Shown: piece after piece, positions 23,041-35,756 of the stretch
Position numbering within the stretch: position 1 is the first letter of the stretch
Layout of the letters: each line of letters begins with the position of its first letter
From: Lobosporangium transversale
Lineage: Eukaryota
NCBI RefSeq assembly: GCF_002105155.1
Contig: NW_019028981.1
Span: forward strand, 1,612,001-1,676,000
Direction of reading: 5' to 3'
DNA: 64,000 nucleotides
Made by a program: the position numbers and the translations under genes
Notes under the pieces: model-generated
What the model saw: only the letters and a program-made list of their open reading frames with translations
The model's database searches: none
Told to the model about the DNA's origin: nothing

Positions 23041-25385
23041 CTATGGTGGAAGGATACGAACCCAGGTACCCTCGCTTGGTACCCTATCCACAAGAACGGT
23101 CATTTGGTACCATCCTGGAGGAGCGAGCGCCCCATCCCTAGGCCCTTTCACTCTTAGCCGATCAAGCTGACCAGGTGTTCGTTTATATCCTACAATCTCC
23201 AAGCCAACCATCCTATGACTCATATGAGTTGAGTGGGTTGAAAATCCACCATTTAAAAGATTTACTTGAACCTTTGGGGGCACATCGTTGATTACACCGC
23301 CCTTTTGTGTAATGATCTGAGCTTCTGACATAACTTCACCATAAAATTCAACTTCAAACTCAAATTCTGTATCGTATGAGATTACATTCTCCAAAGTGTC
23401 ACCGCTGCCTTGGCCACGTTCTGGATTAAGCTTGGCATCTTGTAGTGCCTGTACAGACAACGCAATAGGGCGTGTTATAGTGCGTCCGATGGTTGCTTCG
23501 ACCCTGAGCAAGGGCCTAGGAACGTCTGAAAACAAGTATCCAGGAGAAAACATCTCGACACGGAATTCAACAGGAAATTCACCCAGCTCCAATGTATTCG
23601 CGTTAGGATTTGATCCCGCCACAAGGACCCGACCATCCAGTACAGGCATGGCAATTGAATGATATAAACGAGGAATGTAACTAGGGTTTAGAACTGTGAA
23701 TCGAGAATCGCTTCGTTTGGTCTCAAGGCTGTCCCAAGGCTGGTATCTGACCGGACTCAAGACGGGTTCGCTAGCACGGCTATATCCTGCAGTCCCTTTG
23801 TTGGCGCCATTAAAGATGATGACAGAACCATCAGCAACGATTACCAAATCTGGCATCATTCTGCCAAATGGCATATTTTCCATAATCCACTGTGGACTCG
23901 TACTCAAAGGTTTTATACGTCCACACTGTTCTTGTCCTACGGCTCGTGATTTGAAGTCTGTCGCACCGCCACAAATGAGGACTTCAGGCTCATAATTGTT
24001 TTCGGGGCGGAGAGGAAGCAAAACACTGCCTCCAGAGAGTGGGTAGTTACGTGGTGGGCCAGGAAGATCAGGCAAATTTTTGATAATGGAGAATGTCTTT
24101 GTGGAGAAGATGATGGCCTTTGTATTAGCGAAAATAAACAGGTTGCCATCTGGGAGCAAATGGACCATCTAAATAGGTAAGAGTTGGAGCGGTTTTTTTG
24201 TGTTTTTGCGTTAGTTTAAAATCCAGAGTGCTTTTTAAAGATTTCGTGGTGTGTCTTACTGGATAGAGGTTATATGGCAGTGTCTCTTCTAAGAACGAAA
24301 AGTGGGTTGGGCCTGATGGAAGTGGTGGATACAATTCCCAGGATGGAACACCAATCTCCTCAGAGTTTGTTGATGCTCCACGACTTGAACCACCTATGAT
24401 GAACAGCCGACCATCAGCAAGAGATTCGACGGTTGGGTACCAGCGCCCTACTCCTAGCGTAATCTCGTCACGTGTATCCCAATCACATGCCGAGGAAGTT
24501 GCATTGCAAGCGGACAAGAATCGTAGCGAATTCCAGCCTTCAGCAATATTTGCTTGTGCCTCTGCGCCTCCCAACGACACGATTGTCTAGTGATAGATGT
24601 ATCCCGGGTGATACGTTGGGGTATTAGAAAGACAAGTAAAGAAGGTGCATTCCCACATACATGTCCGAAGATGTTCTGAAAGTACTCACTCCATCTGGGC
24701 GGTATCCACCTGCTGAACAGAAAAGATTGGTTTTTATATGTAGTGATCTGAAGGTCGAATCATCGATGTCATATTCAACTGACCATGAGTAGCTGGTGGG
24801 GTCATCGGGCAGGTATGCATTCGAGTTTTTTTCTACTTTTTCCAAAAACACAATCTTGTTGGTGTTGGGGATCAGCGTACCGTGCATTGCACTCACACCA
24901 GAAAGGCCCACTAAATCCCACTGTCCCATCTCTTTGCTGGCCCCATAATGATTTATTATGGGATTTTGGTCATATTGCGCCGCAATAACCATGTTTGATC
25001 CCTTGTCCTCCATTTCGCTTCCTCCTGTTTCTGTTTCCTCAGCAGCTTTATTGTCCTTTTTGGCCGCTAGAAAGTAAACGCCGTCAGAGAAAGATGAGGA
25101 GGTATCTTTCTCATGCATTTTATGTCCCTTTTTGCGGCTTTTGGTAAATAACCTTAAGCTATGGAACAAAGAGGCGTCAGCCATTATAATAGACGATGAT
25201 GAGCCGTAATAAGGATATATCCATGAAGAGACTATTCTGGAGGCGGAGGGAGCGTCGTATGGATCGGGTGCAAGAATTAATAGAGCTCCTAGGAGGAAAT
25301 AGCTGCTAGCTTTTCCTAGGGATAAGATGGTTGAATATGGACCAAGTGTTTGATGCCGGTTAAGTATGTTGGTCAAGAACGCCAT
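23041..25385 (-). CDS. Glyoxal oxidase-like copper radical oxidase (AA5_1)
   Basis: GVSAMH, NLFCSAG, RWYPT, YNLYP, RNYPLSGGSVLLPL, GRMMPD, PRLYHS, VLVAGSNPN, FSTHSTHM, APPGWY; two introns. Confidence 0.92.
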
Positions 25386-26473
25386 TGTCACACGCTATTT
25401 TTGCCGTGGCCACTGAAAGTTTTATATGCCAGAAAATGTCAGGTTCTTTGATTTTATACTTGTAATGTGTGATTGTGTGATTCACAGGGATGACAAGGAG
25501 ATGGTGTTGGTAGTGTGGGCGGAAAAAGTAATAAGGAGGTATGAATGGTATAATGAAGTAAAGAACAACGACAAACGATACACAAACGGCAAACGGCAAC
25601 AACGAATAAAAGCGGTGTGATTCCCATTGACACCAACAAAGCTTGGGGTTGGAAATTTCATGCATGCTGTATGAACGACCTCTAGCGATCGCTCATGTGG
25701 ATATATCTGTTCATTTTATTGATCTGACAGATCCCGAATGGCCTTTTTTCTACTTGTAGAAACTGAGGGAGTTGCTTGATTGCATTGACAGATTTAAAAT
25801 CAAATTGTTAAGACGCGTAAAAACTCGGGGGAAACAGGTCGTTTTGAGGTCAAAGCTCTGATCCTATTTTTCTTTTGACTTGAATATTAAGGCTGAAAGC
25901 CTATGCGTCGCACACATGAAGATTTATGAACATGAATACGGCTTTATCAGCATGGCTTGAGAGCACAGCATTTACAACAATGTTTATTAAGTGAGTAAAA
26001 AAAGCAAGAACACATGCTCATTGGCCAGCACTCGAGTGACTGAAATATGCTGAATGTGTTCACAGGATGGGGTTCTTTTTTTATATATCTTTCTCCCGTC
26101 CTGTGTTCCGCTCCTCTTCTTTTCTTTTCTTTTTTATTCCTTTCCTGTCTTTTACTCCCTTATACCGCTCGTATCCCTTCTTTCTCTCTGTTTCGTGGCT
26201 CTACTTCAGTCGAAGCGAGCAAGAAACAAAAAAGGAAAAAAAATAAGAAGAACGAACTAAAGGAGACGCATAAGGTAAAACATCAGCACTGATCAGTATA
26301 GACTGCCCAGTGTCATCATGACACGACGATGAACATGGTGTCAATCGTCATCAGATCATCTGACGAATCAGCCACATTCTGCAATTTTTTCTTTTTTACT
26401 GTGTAGATCTTTTTTTTTGTTGATCATCTTTTTACTCTGTTCACCCAATCTTGTTTCCATCGCGATCGCTGTC

Positions 26474-29400
26474 ATGGATTTCATGGAATTTAACTTGAAC
26501 TTCACTACTGCGGCCATTACATGTGCTCTATTGACCGGGTTATATTTCCTATTGCAGAAGTTTTTCGAGCCTCAATCCCGTCAACAACGCGCTTTTCTTG
26601 CCGAGCAGGCTCAGAAGGAGCTTTTGAAGGAACATGAAATCGAATCCAAGCGCGGAAGTAACAAGCAGGCCAAAAAGAAGTAAGTTATCTGCTTGTCTAT
26701 CCTCATTCTTTTCTTTTTCTTTTCTTTTTTTTTTTTTTTTTAAAAAAAAAAGATCTGTCATGTATGTATTCGTGTGTGGTATGTCCAAAGAGGTGCTATT
26801 TTTGATCACACAGGTTTCAACTTCTCCACAAACAATTGTTTTATTCCGTGTGGACACAAAACAAACACAAAATTTTTTTTATTGAACATGAGTAAAAGCA
26901 TATTTTTGGTGTTGGATCGCCAGTATAAGAATATAAAGGATTAGTTATTCTGGAGCACTACAACCAATCTTTAAAGCAGCTTTCAGTGGATCAGTAAAAC
27001 AGTGTTGAGAAAGAAAGTGAACTATGGTGTTGAATGAGGTTGTCGTACATATGCGACCTTTCTTCCCTATTGTGTCAACACTATAAAGAGATTGCACATT
27101 TACACATATTCAAGAATAAAACTTACTAATTCTATATCTACCCTTGTCCACACTATTTGATCGTTGATCTCTATAGAACTGTTCAAGCCCCTCGTCCAAA
27201 GAAAGCTACTGTTGATCAGGACAAGGAGTCAAGCACCAATGAGACGATCGATGAAAGAGTCATCTCCTCTAACCCCTACGATCTCCTCGATGCCACCATT
27301 ATCAAACCACCTATGAGTAGAAAAGAGGCTAAGAAGGAGGCTAAGAAGGAGGCCAAGAAGACTGAAAAGACTGCCGTTGTTCCTACTGCCAAAAAACCTG
27401 AGAAGCCCATAACCGAGAAGACTGAGGAACCTACCATCAAGAAGACTGAGGAGCCTACCATCAAGAAGACTGAAGAGCCTACCATCAAGAAGACTGAAGA
27501 GCCTACCATCAAGAAGACTGAAGAGTCTGCTCCTGCCCATGCTCCTGCCCATGCTCCTGCCCATGCTCCTGCCCATGCTCCTGCCCATGTTCCTGCCCAT
27601 ACTCTCAGCCACGCCACCAACCCTATCCCTTCCCCCGCCACCACTGTTGCGGCTCCTGTGGTTTCGCCTGTTAACGTTGCTTCCAATTCCCCTACCGAGG
27701 AACTTAAACCTTTGTCCAAAAAGGCAAAGAAAGCTGCAAAGAAAGAATCCGCACAAGCCACTGTCTCTGTCCAGAACACCGAGGTCCCCAAAGCCGTCGA
27801 ACCTGCTAAGGTTAATGAGCCTGTCGAGATTGATAAACCTGTGAAGGTTGATGAACCTATCAAGACCATTAAATCTGCTAAGCCCTCCAAGACTACCGAA
27901 CCTGTTAGGACTATTGAGCCCGTCAAAGTCGATCAAGAGATACCTTTGGTTGCCAAGGATCAAAAGGCAGCTCCTATTGCCATCCCCGTTACTGCCGCTG
28001 AAGACTCTGTCCCCAAGCACGAATTTGAAGCTCTTCATGCATTGCTGAAGTCTAAGGATCAGGAAATCGCTGCCGCTCGTGCAGAGTCGGAGAAGGCTAA
28101 AACTCAAGTCCAGGATCTTCAGAAAGAATTAAAAGCCAACGCTGAGGTTGTCAAGGCGGCGAAAAAGACTGAAAGTCGCGCCAAGTCAATTGACTCTAAG
28201 CTGGAATCACTCAACTATACCAACTCCCTATTGGTTAAGCAATTGGCTGTTGAGAAGGACAATGCCAAAGCGCTTCAAGAGCAGGCTCAGAGGGCTTCTG
28301 AAAATTCTGCCTTTGTTGCAGAGTTGGAGCGACAAATTCAGGATCTTAACCAGAGCCGTGCTCATCTTGGAGCACAGCTGGAGCGCATGAACGAGATTAA
28401 TCAGGATCTGAAGCAACAGCTCGCACGCGCTGAACATGACATCAACCAGTACTCTCGCAAATCAATCGAAGCTGAGCACAGAGCTGATGCAGCCATGAGA
28501 GAACGCAACGAGTTCCATCACAAATGCACCATTATCTTATCCGAGAAGGATTCTAGGATCTCTGTGCTCGAGGCTGACTACAGATCCTTGGAGAATGAAC
28601 TCGAAAACTCAAAGGCTCAGGTTGAACAGTATGCAGAAGCTGTCCGTCATGCTGAGGAAGTTACACACAGCCAAGCCGAAACCTTTGAGGGTGAAAAGCA
28701 CTCATTGATTGAGGAGATTGATATGCTTCGTAGTCAACTTTCCAAGGGATCTGACAAGACTTCTGAGAAGGAAGCTGAGATTAAACGTCTCAAGGAACAA
28801 ATTACAAAGATTCAAGACGAACACACCAAGTCTTTGTCCTCTAAAGAGTCTGATCTTACTGTCAAAGCAACTGACCTGTCTGCAACTAAGGAGAAACTTG
28901 CCGCTGCTGAGGCTGCCCTTAGCAAGGCCCAGAACGAAGAGAAGGCGCTTAAGGCTAAGATTGCGGAGCTCCAAAGCACTCATGCAAGCACACTCAGCAC
29001 TCACCAAGAGCAGTTTGATCACCTGACCAAGGAGCTAGAGACCTCCAACAACCAGATTGCAGCTCTGATGGAGAAGCAGCAAACATTGAACGCCCGCATT
29101 AGCGAATTGACAGAGCGTGCAGCTGAGAACAGTATGAAGGCCGAAGATCAGTCCGGTGCTCTTCAAAAGAGAATCGAGGAGCTACAACAAGAGATTTCTG
29201 CAAAAGAGACAAGTCAGAAGTCGATCATCACTGAGAAGGAGTCCCTTGCAAATGAGCTGGCCACTGCAACCGTATCGCACCAAACTATTAAGAAGGAGCG
29301 CGAATCGCTAATCAAGGAGAGGGAGGAGCTCTCATCTAAATTGACTACCAAGACAACTGAGTTGGAGTCATTGATCAAAGAGAAGGAATCAATTATCAAG

Positions 29401-29898
29401 GAGAAGGAATCAGTTTTCAAGGAGAAGGAATCTTTGGCTGCAGAGATCGCCAAGAAGACTGAGGCTGTCGCTGTGCTTGAGAAGGAGAAGAATACTTTGA
29501 GTGCTGAATTGGCTAAGGCTGCTGAGGCTAAGAAGGCAACTGAGGCTTCAAATGTATCAACGGCTCAACTCGAGTCTGAACGAGCTACTTTGAGCGCACG
29601 TGTGGCTGAACTAGAGAAGCAACTGAGCGAGCACAAGAGCAGCGGCAACATTGCTACCACTAATGGTAATGACAGCAAGGAGAGCAAGAACGAGGGTCCA
29701 TCACGGGAGGGTGAGGAAGATGAAGCCGCAGGTTCACCAGATGAGGAAGTTGGGCCGACTAATGGCGAGAAAAAGAAGAAAAAGAAAAAGAAAAAGAAGT
29801 CTGCAGCAGCAGCAGCAGCATCAGCCGCTGCATCCGAAGAGAAGAAGGAAGATCCCGTTGTGGTGCAGAAAGACGGTATTGCGGTTGCCACTTTCTAA
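26474..29898 (+). CDS. N-terminally membrane-anchored long coiled-coil protein (~975 aa; exons 26474-26679, 27177-29898)
   Basis: TM segment FTTAAITCALLTGLYFLL, Lys-rich linker, tandem repeats, ~550 aa heptad-rich region; intron phase is consistent. Confidence 0.88.
27417..27602 (+). repeat. Coding tandem repeats: 24-bp (KKTEEPTI) x~4.5 then 12-bp (APAH) x~6
   Basis: AAGAAGACTGARGAGCCTACCATC and GCTCCTGCCCAT units are visible. Confidence 0.9.
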
Positions 29899-30024
29899 AA
29901 TCCAAGTCAACACATTTTCGCACATTTGATGTTCTTGATCTACTTTTATTTTCATGTTTCTCTTTTTCTAATCAATCAAATCAATAAATAGAATTATAAG
30001 AAAAAAAAAAGTTTTATCTAAATC

Positions 30025-30883
30025 TCAATAGACGAATGGAACCAAGCTCCAACGCTTGTTAGCATATGTGTACCACTCTTTGCCAAAATGATTTTTCATC
30101 ATTTTCTCCTCATTGGCAATGCGTTCTAATATGGCCCTAACCATAACAATGGTAATTAAAGTTACAAGCCATTCTCCTCTAAGCAATGATGACGACAAGT
30201 ACAAAATACGGGTTCCAAATGTGGTGGTATTCAGCCAGGAAGACTTGATTTGATCCAAGATAAAAGCAAACATGACACTCCAAAGACCCTTGTGGAAGAT
30301 GAGCAAACAAAAGCAAATGCCATTGATGATTCCGCCTGTATATGATGGATGACGAAGATACTTGTAGGGCCCATGGGTGATCAACTTGTGTCCTGGTCGA
30401 ATGGTTAGTTGAAACTATAGTGACATGGGATTTTGTTTAATTCCTTGCGCAGATCCAGACATGCTCGAACCTACAAATCCCTCTGCTTCAACAACTTACG
30501 GTGAAGAACTCGTTTAGAGTTATAAAGGACCATTTCCTCAATGCATAGCCCAGTACAGCTCCGATGGTAGCGATGATATGCCAGGGTTTAACTGTTTGCA
30601 GTTGTGTAAGGGTCGCAGTGAGGTATGAGCTGTTGTAGTTGTTGCTATATTCAGAGGTTTTAGCGCCGTAGATGATCAACAGCAAATAAATCGCTGTCTC
30701 GATAATAGCGATATATGCCATGATTAGAGGAAGTCGATCGACCCTTGTGTTAAAAAGTTTCTTCTCCTGAACAGCCTTGCCATCTTTGTGGATGGATTTG
30801 TCTATGGAGCCTTTGGGTGGAATGGCACTACAAACATAGCCATAGAGCGCCGAAAGGAGACAGATGGATTTGAGTATCAACAT
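30025..30883 (-). CDS. ICMT/PEMT-family integral membrane methyltransferase-like protein, copy A (1 intron)
   Basis: LGYALRKWSFITLNEFFT-FQLTIRPGHKLITHGPYKYLRHPSYTG...ERIANEEKMMKNHFGKEWYTY...LVPFVY. Confidence 0.85.
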
Positions 30884-31440
30884 TTAAAGCGCCAGCTTTG
30901 CTTACAATTGAGGTTTAAAAAAAAAAAAAAAAGAAAGAAAAGAAAAAAAGGAAGGTGAAGAAGAGATAAAAGAGAGCACTTCCAGATTGCGTCTGTCTTC
31001 ATTTTATTTAGAAATGAAATCGTACAAAAAACACATGAAAATTTGGTATTTGTCCGCTTAGTTCATACAAGGTACATACACAAGCCTTTTGTACCTCCAT
31101 TTTTCCTTGTTCAACTGGTAGAAATGATACTCTATGTTCGATTCAAAAGATATGACAAAGCCATCTTGGTATATAATTCAGTCGCCAGTGCATTACCGAG
31201 CCTACAAAGCTCCAATATAAAATGGATTGAACATAAAGCAAAAAGAAGAAGATGAAGAAAAAGAAAAGAAGTCTGCAGCAGCTGCCAGTGAGGAAGGGGA
31301 GACGGTATATATTGCAATCGTCAATTTTTAACACATTTTTACACACTTGATGTTCTCTGCTCCTATTTTTATACTTTCCTGTCATTTTTTTAATCAATCA
31401 ATTCAATAAATAGAATTAAATATAAGTTTGTTTAAATCTC

Positions 31441-32335
31441 TTAATAAACGAATGGAACCAAGCGCCAGCGTTTGCTGGCAAAATTGTCCCATTCTCTGCC
31501 AAAATGGCTCTTCAACATCTCCTCCTCAATGACGATGCGGTCTAAAAAGCTTTTGAATATAATGGTGGCTAAACCCATAAAGCATATTCTCCCTCCGATT
31601 CCAGGCAATGACGACATTAAGGACAAAATAGTGGCTCCAAAAGCGGTCGTGTTCAGCCAGGATGACCTGATTTGGTCCACAACAGAAGTAGTCATGACAT
31701 CCCAGAGGCCCTCGTGAAGAAGTAGCAACCAAGTGCAAAAGAAAGTAGTGATAAAGCCCGTGTACGACGGATGGCGGAGATACCTGTAGGGTCCATGGGT
31801 GATCAGCTTCTGTCCTACTCGGACTTTCAGCTGAATCTACAGTAGTAAAAGCAATTAAAATATGATGTTGAATCTTATGTAAGGACTCTATCTGGAACCC
31901 ACATGCTTGAATCTACAAAGCCTCTTGCATAAAAACAACTTTAACAACTCACAGTGAAGGACTCGTCTAAGGCCACATAGGACCATTTTCTCAATGTATA
32001 CCCCAGTACGGCTCCAATGGCAGCGGCGATATGCCAGGGCTTAACTGTTTGCAGCTGCGTAAGGGCCGCAGAAAGGTACGGACTGTTGTGGCTGTTACGA
32101 TATTTGGAGTTTTTGGCACCATAGACGATCAATAACAAATAAATAGCAGTGTTGATTGCGGCGAGAAATGCAGTAAGTAGAGGAAGCCGATCGGCCTTTG
32201 TTCGGAAAACTTTCTTTTGCTGAACAATCTTGTCATCTTTATGAGTAGGTTTATCTCTGGAGACTGTGGGTGAGATTAAACTAAGCACATATTACAGAGT
32301 GCTATGAGGAGGCAGGCGGATTTGAGTATCAGCAT
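31441..32335 (-). pseudogene. ICMT-like copy B with a 1-nt deletion near codon 15
   Basis: ATG at 32335 (MLILKSACLLIALC) is 47 nt rather than 48 nt from the conserved YV codon, giving a TAA soon after; rest intact (GPYRYLRHPSYTG, EEEMLKSHFG). Confidence 0.7.
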
Positions 32336-32493
32336 TGGTAGTTAATGCATAAACTCCCTTACAGCCGTACCAAAATAATATGGAAGGTGACAAAGGAAAA
32401 GAAGAAATATTCAAGATCATCGTCTGTATTAATTTAAATATGAATGCATAGAATGTGTAGCGCGATCGCGCATTATCTGTTTTATTGTCTCAA

Positions 32494-34522
32494 TCAGAGC
32501 CTGCTAATCAGGTATCCTCTATCCTCAACCAGTGGCAAAAACGATATCTGAGGACGACAATTTCCGTTTTCGGCTCGAAGGATATGCCAAAGCCACCTTG
32601 GTATATGATTTAGCCACCATCGCACTACCGAGCCCGCAAAGCTCTAACATAAAAATGAATTGAATAAAAAAGCAAAAAGAAGCTAATGAGTTTTTCTCTT
32701 GTCCGCTTCCTCATGTTCATGTTCATGTTCAGCAAAAGCGAAAAGAGAAGGTACATTTCTAACGACGACGGCCATGGAAGCACTTTTGTTCACAGAGGCT
32801 CTGCTATGAGGGTATCGTTCATTCCTATATGCGTTCAAAATGCGCTCAATATCTTGTGAATCATTTGTTGTTAGATGATGCAGGTAGTTGGCTAGGACAA
32901 CAGCGTCAAGCATGGCCGATTGAGCGCCTAGTCCTGCAATCGGGATCATCTGTTTTGGAACATTAATGAATAGCAACATTTATATGTCCATAGGCAACGT
33001 GTTAGTAGTTTAGTCGTTTAGAGATATTAGATAAGAGAAAAGTGTCAGAGTCCTTTAATTGATTATGTCAAACCTTGTGGCATGCTAAGCAAAAAAGAAA
33101 AAAGAAAAAGGGGTCAATAGTTATACATCATTCTCCCGACATTCACATTCTCAATCATATTCTCTATATATACATGTATATTGTTCCTTGTTACCATCGC
33201 CCATCAAAACTATCCGGCCACTTGTCCAAGTTTCATAGATTTTTTCTTCCAACCTTACATGAGAAATGGCTTCTTTATGGGTTAAATCAATCAAATCACC
33301 CATAGTGAGATTTGGCCGCATGGGAAAGTTTCGTATTTGAGCACATAATGCATCGACAGTATCCGAATTGCGATTTGATGATGGATGAGGTGTATCCTGA
33401 GATTGGCTTGAGTGCTTGTCTTTATCTAATAATACCATTGCCATCCAACAAACTGTCTTTTCTGCAGTTGTAAAAGTGGCACACTTGAGAAAAAAAAAAA
33501 AAAAAAAAAAAAAAGATTATAGAGGCAGATTTTAGGAATATCAAAAAAAAAAAAAAAAAAAAAGAAAAGAAAAAGAAAAGAGCATACACATAAAGGTCTT
33601 TCGATACCAAGGACAACTTCATATTTGCAGGCTTGGTCGTTGATATGGGGATAAATCCTTTCATTCAAAGGACGTGTTTGGCCCAAGAGGCAAGTGCTGG
33701 AATATTTCAAGGGCTCCTCGTCCGAGATGGGGAGCTTGTTTTGCTTCTTCAACTCCTTGTACATGGCCTTCCTCACGAAACTGTACGCTCCATCTGCTCC
33801 TACTAACATATGCCCTTGAAAAGTCTCTCCGTCGGCGGTTTGGATAGCGATCTCATCATTGGTTTGGGTGCAAGAGATAACACGTGAATTCATGTGTATC
33901 TTTTCCTTTGGTACTAAGCTAGCCAGGATACAATGAAGCGTTGGACGCGCAATGACCAGGGCTGGCCATCCAAACCTTGAAGTGAACATGCCAGTGAGAA
34001 AGAAGGATTTTACAGAGAAAATGAGAGATTTTAATTTACTACATCTCTCTTATCCTTTCTCCAACAAATAATAAAAAAGAAGAAAAGTACCTCTCTATTG
34101 TGCCGGAGTGGTAGTCAAAATAGGTTAACAGCTCCATCCTTTCATTAGCCAAGGTGCTTTCTTTCATAAGAAGCCCTTTTGCTTGAATTTGGTCAATCAC
34201 CCCTAGCTGTGTTAACATTGGCATCTACTTGGTAGTAACCAGTAAAAAAAAAAAAAAAGAAGCAGTCAAGAGCATAGTATAACTAGCATTTGTATCTTTT
34301 CTTCTCTCTCTTTCTCTCTATCCATAAATTCTTAGAAAAATGAAGCAAAGGACATACAACACAAGGACCGAGACTGATAGCAGAGCCTAGTGACTTCCAT
34401 GTGATATCTTTTTCGAATATCTCGAATGGAATTCCTGCTCGCTCTAGGATTGCCCCTAGTGTCAATCCTCCCAAGCCTGCTCCTACAATGAGGACTTTTG
34501 GTCTGAAATTCCCTGTAGACAT
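32494..34522 (-). CDS. FAD-dependent monooxygenase (multi-exon), C-terminal SRL
   Basis: KVLIVGAGLGGL, MLVGADGAYS, LEEKIYETWTSGRIVLMGD-ACHK-MIPIAGLGAQSAMLDAVVLAN, last exon RPQISFLPLVEDRGYLISRL*. Confidence 0.88.
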
Positions 34523-35386
34523 TTTTTTTGTACGGAGAGAAAAGGACTTTAACTTCGTATGAGGTAAGGTGTGAAAGTGAACTGAATAAAAGTAAGAGAA
34601 GTAATTATTATCGAAGAAAAAAAAAAGAAGAAAAAAAAAAAGTGACCCATTGCTCTTTCCTAATTGAGAAGGTCTTTTGAGCTACGATTCTTACGCCACC
34701 AAAAAAGGTTTGCATTTACCACTGTATATGTACAGTACATAACATGTGTACATATTCATACATGTAATGTACATTTAGAAAGTACATTTAGAATCTGAGA
34801 ACAAAAACATGCACGTATCATTGACAGGCGTTTATTGATGAGAAGGACCTCCAGAGTGATGGGTTTTTGCATACTAAAGCTATGTAACGAGGCATGATAC
34901 CCGATTGGATCGAAGCTGATTTATACTTTATGGCAAGAGTGGCAAGGCTTCATTATTAGCTTTTAGATATCACTTGCTATAAGGATAAACATACAAGCTG
35001 TAGTTGTAGCTCTAAATCTTGTCGTTGTAAGAGTCCGATTATAAATCGGATGATGAAAAGACAAGAAAAAGATCCCACCACTAAAAAGAATGGCTAAAAG
35101 CCATTTAGAAAGATAGTCAAACATCTCTCTCAAATGACTTGTACAAATATTCTCTTAACCAACAGCAAGATAGATATGGATGTGCACAGTGAAACAATTA
35201 TGATTACCATAATGTATATAAAGCGCCGAGTGAATGCATGCCTGTCTCTCCTCATGACTATTATCATTACTCAGCACAGCAGTTAATGCAAACACAAACA
35301 ACACAATGTGTTCCCCGCCACAAAGATTGGATAGAAAGAGACTAGATTATGTGTCACCATCTTCATCTCAAAAGGGTTGGCGAAGT

Positions 35387-35422
<36 letters not shown>

Positions 35423-35756
35423 CATATTCAAATCCAAATTTTCACAGTTGGGTACTGCCACCCCCTGTGTTTGTGAAAATGCACTGACTACAGTTCATAA
35501 ATCATGCACCATGTCTCTTTCATCTTCGCCCCCCTCTCATGATTTATGCTGTCTTTGGTTTTTTTTTTTGAGTAAACACGACTGTGACCTTTTATAATTA
35601 AACGTTAAACGTTGTTATTTACTTATTTTTTACTTCTCTTTTTTCACTCCTCTCTTTCTCCTTCTCTGTTTCCTTCTTCAACCTTCATCCCCTGAACACA
35701 ACAGAAAGGTTACGCACTTTTAACATCCAAGTGTACTTTTTTAACTTTTAACAAGC

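Noticed and set aside
27417..27602. CRISPR-like or RiPP-precursor repeat
   Set aside because: No spacers and no Kex2-type repeat processing with a signal peptide; in-frame coding repeats in a eukaryotic gene
27229..28107. Long antisense ORFs (292 and 216 aa), and 11390-12031 and 18356-18733
   Set aside because: Codon-bias shadows of real genes on the opposite strand
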